From an uncultured virus (IMG/VR IMGVR_UViG_3300027733_000048) (taxonomy: Duplodnaviria > Heunggongvirae > Uroviricota > Caudoviricetes): a stretch of 20,000 bases of DNA. This document shows positions 1-8,400 of the stretch, piece after piece. The notes beneath the pieces were generated by a model. The model was not told the origin of the DNA, did no database searches, and was given only the letters and a program-made list of their open reading frames with translations. The DNA lies in the IMG/VR virus record IMGVR_UViG_3300027733_000048, one strand, 5' to 3'. How positions within the stretch are numbered: the stretch's first letter is position 1; each line of letters starts with the position of its first letter. A program made the translations under genes and the position numbers.

Positions 1-501
1 TCCAATATTATTTTCTAAACCGAGTGTTGCAGTTGCGGCAGAAGTATGACCAGTATTACAAACATACACAATACCACCGTATTTTACAACATCGTTAATT
101 TTATATTTTGTTGAAATTGCCCAAGAAGTTTGCCAGTTAAATCCAGTAGCATACACATCCCAGTTTACACTATTAGCTTCTAATCCTAACGTCGCAGTTG
201 CAGCAGACGTGTGGGTAGTTATACAGATATATAGTTTACCTCCATATTTTACAACATCATTTAATCTATAATATGTGTTAATTGCCCAATCTGACATCCA
301 TGCAGTACCATCTGAAACTTGATTCCAATATGTTGGTACATTTGTTCTATCAGTAGTAAAATCTGCAGAACTAGTATGTCCAATAACACAAACATACGTT
401 TTCCCACCATTTCGTATGATGTCATCTTTTAAATACGTCGTAGAAGATGCCCATGCACCTTTCCATATAAACCGTATTCTACCTAATTTAAATTCAGCCA
501 T
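1..501 (-). CDS. Partial (runs off the left edge) virion protein with tandem CBM5/12 (ChtBD3)-like repeats; paralog of the 1412 aa protein
   Basis: Not in the ORF track; translated by hand. ATG at 501 with GGAG at 511-508, and 167 codons open to the edge: MAEFKLGRIRFIWKGAWASSTTYLKDDIIRNGGKTYVCVIGHTS...WAINTYYRLNDVVKYGGKLYICITTHTSAATATLGLE... The N-terminus closely matches 551..4789. Confidence 0.92.
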   Translation of the reverse strand, partial: MAEFKLGRIRFIWKGAWASSTTYLKDDIIRNGGKTYVCVIGHTSSADFTTDRTNVPTYWNQVSDGTAWMSDWAINTYYRLNDVVKYGGKLYICITTHTSAATATLGLEANSVNWDVYATGFNWQTSWAISTKYKINDVVKYGGIVYVCNTGHTSAATATLGLENNIG

Positions 502-528
502 TTAATGCTCCAAAATCTTTTATACATC

Positions 529-536
529 TATTTATG
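529..536 (-). promoter_or_regulatory. T4-like late promoter box (CATAAATA)
   Basis: One mismatch to the T4 gp55 consensus TATAAATA; intergenic, 28 nt upstream of the ATG at 501. Confidence 0.65.
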
Positions 537-550
537 TGTTTTTACGCCAA

Positions 551-3500
551 TTATCTTCTATTAATACTAATTTTAAAATATGCTAATGCCATCATAACAC
601 CGTCTACGCCTTTAGTTATGTTCATCTTGTTATTAACTTTAATAGTTGTGCCTGCAGATGAAAATATACCAAACGGTCCTACGCCAACCGTACCAGCAAC
701 CAATTTTGAAGTTTGTGCGTTTGACCCACCGTTACTAATCTGATTTGCCATATATAATTTAATTGCCCGTTGGGTCGGCACAATGTTATCACTATTTGCA
801 ACAAAATATTGATCTGTTGAGAATTGTGTAATTGTTACTGTGTTTTGTCCAACTTGTACACCACCTAATGTGATCTGATTAAGCCCTGACAGATTAAATA
901 AATCTGCAGATATAGTTACTGAACCAGTTGCTTGTTGCACACCAAATAAATTACCAACTTTAAAGTTTCCATCTTCATCAGTTGAAGTTACAAACACCCG
1001 ACCTAAATTATTTTCTGAAATTTGATTGTAAGATTTTTTACTAGTAACATCAACATCTGGATAGTTTGTAGTAGTCTTATTTCCGGTGCCTATCATTAAA
1101 TAATCATGTCCGGTTAACCGTACTTGACTGTACTTTTGCCTAATTGAAATTGCAGTACCGTGTGGGAATGTATTTGATCTAGTAATACTTGGACTAATCT
1201 GTAAGTAATAACTTCCACTAGTTAAATTTGTAATATTAACAATTTTATATTGAGTTTGATTAGTTCCGATTGTTAAACTCGAACCTAAACTTGGTGCATA
1301 TGATAAACTACTAACCGTTAAATATTTTGAAATTTGATAGATATCAGCGTAACCTGCACCACCTGAAATTGTACATACAGTAGTTGATGTTTGATAATTG
1401 CTACCTCTATTAGTAAATGTTGGATTAGCTAATACACCGTTACCTACACGACAGTTTACAATTGCAGTTGAAGTTGCATTTGGGTCGGTAATAGTTACTA
1501 CTGCACCAGGTTCAGTAGTTGCGTAATAATTTGCTGCAATTAATGTTTGGCTAACACTAACAGTATAACGTTTACCTTGGTAATTTGCACTTGCGGGTAA
1601 CGATTGACTAATATTAATTTGATACCTAATTCCAGTAATACTCAAATCACTCCACGCTCCAGATTGGCTAAGTTGCCAAGTACTATTTGTTCCTGCACCG
1701 CTAATGTTTTCAACAATGTATGTCCCAGCCGGGACTGTACTACCAGTTAATACCATACCTGCATATATAATACCAGAGCTCATTGATGCTACTGTTAACG
1801 TTGTGCCAGACACTGTGCCAGAAAAGACCGCAGTTTCTGCACTAGTTACGGTTGTACCAGTTGCTATACCTGAATCAGTAAGCACGTATCCAACATTCAT
1901 AGAACCAGTTAACACTGCAGTTACCGTTAATACAGTACCATTAATAAATCCAGTAAATGAAACATCATTTTGTGCAGTAATAGTAGTATTATTAGCAACA
2001 TTACCAAGTCCGCCGTATAGAGTCATACCAGTAACAATTGATCCTAAATTTACCGCAGTAACAGATAAAATTGTACTAGTTACACTACCAAAAAATTGTG
2101 CAATATTTGTAGTTGTCGAATACCCGCTACCCGGATCCCATATTTTAATTGCGCCTATTTTGCTTGATCCAACAGTTACTCTGCCTAATGCGCGTGTTCC
2201 AGATAATCCTGGATTTGAAAAAGTCACACGAGGTTCAATACTATATACAGTTGTTGAATCTAATGCTACTTCAATAGCGGTACCTGGAATTACATGATCC
2301 CATCCTGCAACATTAGTACTTTCTGTATAAACAGAAACAGTTTTTGAAAGACTAGCATATGCTTGGATGTAACCATATTGGCCAACACCAGTACCACTAG
2401 TGATAATAATACGCATACTTACATAATTTGCTGCAAGATTTTGATCGTTTGATGCAATTACAATTGTAGTAGCAGTGCCGTTTTGAGCCTGATTTCCTGC
2501 AGTTAAATAGCCATACCCGCCTGCACTTGAATCAGAACCAATTAGCATTGCTTCGTAAATTGCGCCATTTCTAAAGTTGTTTGCTACTGTTTCAATACCT
2601 GTACCAGCGCCTGTAAATGTATAAGTAGGCGGAGATGCAGCTGAATAGTTTTGTCCAGCATTTGAATATTCAAGTATTAACACCTTATTTTGCGCTTGGC
2701 CGGCAAATACAGACGCAACTTGTGCAGATTGATTTCTATTATTAACCGTTCCAGTTAATGGTGTTTCAGCAATATCGTATCCTTCAGAAACAGTACCAAA
2801 TGTACCATATGAACTGTTACCGTTAGTAGCTCGTATTTTGCCACCTGCCTCTGCTAGGTAACCAATGTGTCCATAATATGAAAACACCGATACTAATTCA
2901 ACAAGTGCATTAGATCCAATACACCATACCCCAATGCCGTCACTTAAGACTTGTGTAAAATCATTTGCAACAATAGAACGATTGCCGCCGTTGTGTAATG
3001 TGCCGTCAATTTTTAAACCAGTACAGCCAGTTCCAAATGTAGATACATTCTGTACATATGGTGATTTAGTTGTAATCCAAACACTAGAATCGTTAATGCT
3101 GGCGCCTGGATCTAAGCTAACATACGCACCTGCAGTTGGTCGACTAGTTCCGTAGATATTTGCAGCACCTAGTGTTCCGGTAAGTCCAGTTAATGTCATA
3201 TTTCTAATACCAGTACCGTTTCTTAATAAGAACATGTTTGTTGTTTTGTAATCAATAGCAGGTTGCACCACTGTACTTCTAATTTCGTCACCAACTAATT
3301 CTAATCCAGCAGCAACAATAATAGGTAATGTTTCAGTATAAACACCAGTTTTAATAAACAATGTTGCACTCGATACTGCTAATGCTCTAATAAAATCGCA
3401 AGCATATTTAATTGTTAAGAATGGATTAGCTAGTGTTGTGCCCGAACTTGCAGTATTTGTACCATTTGGTGCAACAAAATACACATTAGTAATACCGCCA

Positions 3501-4789
3501 AAATCTCCCCAGTACGGTACAATTCCTAATGTTTTATATAAATTACCATTTGATCCGCGACTAACGGCAGTACTTTTACTAGAATTATATGTCAATGTAT
3601 CGCCGAGATTCTCAAACGGCTGATTCAAATCACCAGAAATAAATGTTTCCCAGTAGCTACTACCTATTTCAGGATTATTACCAGATGATGCAATATGAGA
3701 ATTATAACATTTGTATGATGTAGATTTGTAAATTACAACGTCGCCCAAAACATAAGACTGTCCAGACATCCATCTATAATTCCAATACACACCGGGTACT
3801 ACTAAAGACCAGGATCCTGGATTACTAGCAGGTAATATGTTTAAATTGTCTGCAATGCTTACGTAAACGTAGCCTTTTTGTCTAATTAAATCCCCAACAT
3901 AGTATTGTGTAATTGATGTCCAGTCTCCACGAATTTTAAATCCTTTAGTAACTAATGTCCAGTCACTTGGATTAGTAGATGGAATAGAGTTAGTGTTGTG
4001 TGTAATACTAGTATAGTTATAACCACCGTAACCAATTATATCGCCCGGAATGTAACTTGTTACAGTATCCCAATTATTTCTAAATGTAACACCTGGAATA
4101 TATATGATCCATTTTGCAGGTTCAAAGGTTGTACTTGATGTATGATATGTAGTACATTTCCAAACATTTGCACCGTACTTTACTATGTCATTTAATTTAT
4201 ATCTAGTAATTGCAGTCCAATCAAATAAATATTCAATACCGCTAGTTACAATTTCCCAGTTAGATTGATTGTTTTCTAATCCTAATGCTACAGTAGAAGA
4301 AGAAGTATGGCCAGTAGTACATCGATAGGTAATCCCGCCATATTTAACTACATCATTTAAAATGTATCTAAAATTAGTTGTCCACTGTAACGACCACGAG
4401 TCAGTTTTAGTATATGCAGACCAGTAACTATTGCTTGCTTCTAATCCCAATGCGGCAGTAGCAGCAGATGTGTGTTCAGTTACACATAAATAAATGTTAC
4501 CATTGTACTTTACTAAATCACCGCGGTTATAAAAGGTTGCAATAGTCCAACTACTTTTCCATGCGTACCCATCTAACCACAATGTCCATTTTGGAGCAGC
4601 AGTATCTGGTTGTGTTGCAGTATTAATATAGTTTAAGTCTGTGTAAAAATTAGAACTTGCGGTGTGTCCTACTAAACAAACATACGATTTCCCACCGTAA
4701 CGAACAATGTCGTCTTTGGTATAAAAAATACTAGTTGTCCAATCACCTTTCCAGGTAAATCTAATTTTATCTAATTTAAATTCAGCCAT
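551..4789 (-). CDS. 1412 aa virion fibre/spike-like protein: 7 N-terminal CBM5/12-like repeats, a parallel beta-helix (pectin-lyase/DUF1565-like) core and inserted beta-repeat modules
   Basis: Repeats of W-x5-Y-x2-[GN]D-x-V-x-Y-x-G-x2-Y-x-C-x3-H; VYFVAPNG...NPFLTIKYAC...GVYTETLP beta-helix entry motif; KSPYVQNVS shared with the 1052 and 1421 aa proteins; GAGG SD upstream. Confidence 0.8.
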   Translation of the reverse strand: MAEFKLDKIRFTWKGDWTTSIFYTKDDIVRYGGKSYVCLVGHTASSNFYTDLNYINTATQPDTAAPKWTLWLDGYAWKSSWTIATFYNRGDLVKYNGNIYLCVTEHTSAATAALGLEASNSYWSAYTKTDSWSLQWTTNFRYILNDVVKYGGITYRCTTGHTSSSTVALGLENNQSNWEIVTSGIEYLFDWTAITRYKLNDIVKYGANVWKCTTYHTSSTTFEPAKWIIYIPGVTFRNNWDTVTSYIPGDIIGYGGYNYTSITHNTNSIPSTNPSDWTLVTKGFKIRGDWTSITQYYVGDLIRQKGYVYVSIADNLNILPASNPGSWSLVVPGVYWNYRWMSGQSYVLGDVVIYKSTSYKCYNSHIASSGNNPEIGSSYWETFISGDLNQPFENLGDTLTYNSSKSTAVSRGSNGNLYKTLGIVPYWGDFGGITNVYFVAPNGTNTASSGTTLANPFLTIKYACDFIRALAVSSATLFIKTGVYTETLPIIVAAGLELVGDEIRSTVVQPAIDYKTTNMFLLRNGTGIRNMTLTGLTGTLGAANIYGTSRPTAGAYVSLDPGASINDSSVWITTKSPYVQNVSTFGTGCTGLKIDGTLHNGGNRSIVANDFTQVLSDGIGVWCIGSNALVELVSVFSYYGHIGYLAEAGGKIRATNGNSSYGTFGTVSEGYDIAETPLTGTVNNRNQSAQVASVFAGQAQNKVLILEYSNAGQNYSAASPPTYTFTGAGTGIETVANNFRNGAIYEAMLIGSDSSAGGYGYLTAGNQAQNGTATTIVIASNDQNLAANYVSMRIIITSGTGVGQYGYIQAYASLSKTVSVYTESTNVAGWDHVIPGTAIEVALDSTTVYSIEPRVTFSNPGLSGTRALGRVTVGSSKIGAIKIWDPGSGYSTTTNIAQFFGSVTSTILSVTAVNLGSIVTGMTLYGGLGNVANNTTITAQNDVSFTGFINGTVLTVTAVLTGSMNVGYVLTDSGIATGTTVTSAETAVFSGTVSGTTLTVASMSSGIIYAGMVLTGSTVPAGTYIVENISGAGTNSTWQLSQSGAWSDLSITGIRYQINISQSLPASANYQGKRYTVSVSQTLIAANYYATTEPGAVVTITDPNATSTAIVNCRVGNGVLANPTFTNRGSNYQTSTTVCTISGGAGYADIYQISKYLTVSSLSYAPSLGSSLTIGTNQTQYKIVNITNLTSGSYYLQISPSITRSNTFPHGTAISIRQKYSQVRLTGHDYLMIGTGNKTTTNYPDVDVTSKKSYNQISENNLGRVFVTSTDEDGNFKVGNLFGVQQATGSVTISADLFNLSGLNQITLGGVQVGQNTVTITQFSTDQYFVANSDNIVPTQRAIKLYMANQISNGGSNAQTSKLVAGTVGVGPFGIFSSAGTTIKVNNKMNITKGVDGVMMALAYFKISINRR
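3650..4753 (-). repeat. Seven tandem ~45-60 aa CBM5/12-like protein repeats
   Basis: WTTSIFYTKDDIVRYGGKSYVC, WTIATFYNRGDLVKYNGNIYLC, WTTNFRYILNDVVKYGGITYRC, WTAITRYKLNDIVKYGANVWKC, WDTVTSYIPGDIIGYGGYNYTS, WTSITQYYVGDLIRQKGYVYVS, WMSGQSYVLGDVVIYKSTSYKC. Confidence 0.85.
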
Positions 4790-4800
4790 TTCTTACCTCG

Positions 4801-5157
4801 TTATATTCCACTTGGGTACTGATATTTTGTGTCAGTACGCATTACTAAATTACCAGAACTGTCAACGTAGTAATATATATTTCTGTCATCCCATCGATAT
4901 TGTTCATAATTTAAATTTGCATAAGTTAAATTATGATATACATCTCTACCTTCAAAAAAATCAACATTTGATTCAAAATCTGGGTAGTTATCTTCGGGAT
5001 CGCCTTCATTGTTTATTTGTATTGAATCATTTCTGCTTAGTTGATTAACTCTTGCAAAATATAATTCACCGTCGTCTGTTCTGCGCAATGCATATAAATA
5101 TCCTGCACTATCGCCGATAATATCAGATTTTTCATTACCTAAAAAATAATTACTCAT
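4801..5157 (-). CDS. 118 aa acidic, Tyr/Asp-rich hypothetical protein (probably virion-associated)
   Basis: Fills the gap between its neighbours exactly; TAAGGA SD overlaps the upstream stop; the virion role is from context only. Confidence 0.8.
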   Translation of the reverse strand: MSNYFLGNEKSDIIGDSAGYLYALRRTDDGELYFARVNQLSRNDSIQINNEGDPEDNYPDFESNVDFFEGRDVYHNLTYANLNYEQYRWDDRNIYYYVDSSGNLVMRTDTKYQYPSGI

Positions 5158-5166
5158 TATAATTCC

Positions 5167-5496
5167 TTATATTACTTCAGCATAGCTGATTACTGCATCA
5201 ATACTGTTATCTGTATCACTAACGATTGTCATAATGCAGCTGCCTGCTACTATTAATTTTTCACCATTTGTAATTATTTTAGCACTATTATACGGGCGAA
5301 TTGTTAAAGACGACACATAACTGCCAACAACGTTTGACGAGTCAGTAATCGTAATACTAACAATAACATCATAGTCTGTTGTATTTGATAAATTACATCC
5401 AATTACTGTAAAACTACTAGACGAACTAGGCGACAGTGCGCTAACTGGAGTAGTTCCTATGTTCTTCTTTACTGTTGTTCTTAAAAATGTGGCCAT
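5167..5496 (-). CDS. 109 aa small beta-rich virion protein; likely paralog of 14079..14411
   Basis: Starts 3 nt after the stop of the 1421 aa gene. Pattern VIGCNLSNTT...LTIRPYNS...GEKLIVAG...IDAVISY parallels the 110 aa protein. Confidence 0.8.
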   Translation of the reverse strand: MATFLRTTVKKNIGTTPVSALSPSSSSSFTVIGCNLSNTTDYDVIVSITITDSSNVVGSYVSSLTIRPYNSAKIITNGEKLIVAGSCIMTIVSDTDNSIDAVISYAEVI

Positions 5497-5499
5497 CTG

Positions 5500-8400
5500 T
5501 TATCCAAAAATTAATGCGGATGCTAATCCTATTTCGTTTGCGGCTGTAATTGTAACGCCACCTGTATTACCTGCAACACTACCCCATGTTACTCCGTTAA
5601 AAATTTCAACAACCTGATACGACGTATTAAATCGTATCATACCAGTTTCGGGACTTGGTGGACGAGTTAATCCGGTATCACCTGATGGGATAACTATTCC
5701 GCCTGACCCTGCAAATTTAACATAACCAGTGCCGCTATTAACAAATTCAGTAACTGCGTTTGATACTACATTTGTTATTGTATCATTAGAAATTCGTAAA
5801 TTTCCAAGATGTACTCCGCCGGTTCCTGATGCAGTAATATTAATATCAGTATCAGCTACTAACGTAGTAATGGTATTACCATTAATATCTAAATTATTAG
5901 TTTGAAACCTTTCTGTAAATAATTTTTCGCTGTCAATAGTTGCTGTTAAATGATTATTAGCATAAAAATATAATATGTTGTCGTTAGCACCGGGTGATGA
6001 TTCTGCTAATATACGAGTATTACCGCTATTATCTATAACTCCGCTAAGTTGTAACCAAAATCCGTCAACAGCTATTACTATTCGTGTTCCGCCCCCAATT
6101 GTAGCTATGCCTGCAACATATCCTGTTCCGGGAGTAGTAATTGTAATACCAGTTATACTAATACTGCAACGTGCATCGTTATTTCCACCAATAATTACAA
6201 TATTAGTTTGCCCAATAAATCCAGCAATGGTATCATATTGTACTGCTGAAAGTATAGATCCTGGAACTTTTACTGTATAACTTTCGTATCTAGATAACGT
6301 AGTGTTATATCGTATCATTCCGTTAGTAGGTAATAACGGTCTTTCTAATGTAGTACCAACTGGAATTTTTAAACTAGTAGTACTATCAATTATAACTCCA
6401 CCGGTTCCTTGCGGAGTTAATGTTATACCTGAGTTAGTTTCGATACTAGCAATACCGTTATCGGTAATTTTCAATCCTTCAACAATAACCCCGCCAGTAC
6501 CTGTTCCAAAAATTTCTAAATCAGTATCTGTTACATTAGTGTAAATTGAGTTATTTGATATTGTAATTTCTGGTAAATCTAAGTCACCTGTGCTTGTAAT
6601 ATTTCCAGTTACTGTAATTGTACCACTTGTACTAATGTCTCCAGTTTGGGTAATATCACCAGTTTGAGTAATATCACCAGTAATTCCAACATCTTGTAAA
6701 TAAGTAGTACCAGTCGTAACTGTTAAATTTTGAGTAACTGTTAAATTTTGATCAATCTGTACATTATTTGACGGTACATAAACTTGTCCGCTACCATTTG
6801 CAGTTAATGTTAAATCATCATTGTTTAATGTTGTGCTAATAGTGTTGTTGTCAATTACTAACCCATCTATTTCTGCACGACTTAAAAATGCATTGTTCCA
6901 TCGTAAATTAGTAGTACCTAAATCATAAAAAGCAGTAGTTGCTGGAACAATATTACTTGTGATTCCAGCAGTAAATGTAACAGTATCAGTAGATTGATCA
7001 CCAATTGTAATGTTTCCGCCAATAGTAACATCACCAGTAACATCTAAATTACCAGTTACATATGTATTATTTTGTAAATTAATTGCACCGTTTGCTGCAG
7101 TTACATTTATATTGCCTGACAAACTTTCAATCGTGTTACCGCTAATTTTAATATTACCAGTAGTAATATCTTGCGATGTAATAGATGTAGTATGCGTTCC
7201 ATCACTAAAAGATACACCGGTAGTACTTGTAATTGTTAAATTTTGATTGTTGAATAACACATCACCACTATGCTGATCAATGTAGAAGCTATCGCCAACT
7301 CTAAAATCACCTTCTTCATTAATAGTCGTGTAATAAACTTGAGCATTGTTAAGTTTTACAATCTCGTATGGATCAACATCAGGATTTTCAGGTCCTTCAT
7401 TATGTGGAGTATTTGATGAGTCTTTCCCTGAACCAGTATATGAAAAGTTGTGACTAGTTAAGTACAGTACAACTCCGTCACCGTCAGCGTATACGCCGTA
7501 AGTACCGTATATATTTGCAGATCCAATTGATCGTAATTCAACACCAAAATCGCTATAGTCTGCAAAGTTAATAATACTTGCAGTTCCGCCTGCTGAAGAT
7601 CTAATGTCCTGGAACGTAATACCATTATCTAAAATAATAGTCGAGTTGTTACTTCCATCAAAATGTAATAATAATACTGTAGATAAATCGCCTAATGATT
7701 CTGAACTAGGAACTACAAATGTACCAGTGTACCTTGCAATACCTTTACAAATTCTAACACCGTCAATATATCCAGTAAATCCTAATGTGTTATCAAACCG
7801 AGCACCTATGCGTACAGGACTTTGAATATACACAGTAGTGTCTGTATAAGTAGACCCTGACTGCACACCGTTAATAAATATTTTAGATGATGTACCGGCG
7901 CGTGATAATGCAACATGTGTCCACGTATTCACTGCAACTACATCAGTAGATGTGATTACTGCAGTACCATTAACAGTAAATGCAACTTGATTAATAGAAT
8001 TTAATGATAGCACGATTGCAGATTGTGGAGTACTAGTACGCATATCAATTAAAATTTGAGTTGCTCCAGAATTAACTGTTTGATACACCCATAGTTCAAT
8101 TGTAAAATTACCGTTGCTAAAATTAAAATCAGGTTGACTAGGAACATTAAGAAAGTCTCCAGTACCATCTAAATTTAAACTTGAATTACCAAATTTATAT
8201 TCTAATGTAGAAATCTTAGCATTTCCGTTTGCAAACACTGCTTTTGGTATTCTATCTGTAATTGTTTGAAATCCAGACTGCTTGCCTACTAAGTTTACAA
8301 AATTACCATCAAAACTATCAATCACTCCGGTTGCAAGTACCGTAGTGCCGTTGGTATCATAGTAAGTAATAGTATCACCTACATTCCATGTACCTGTTTT

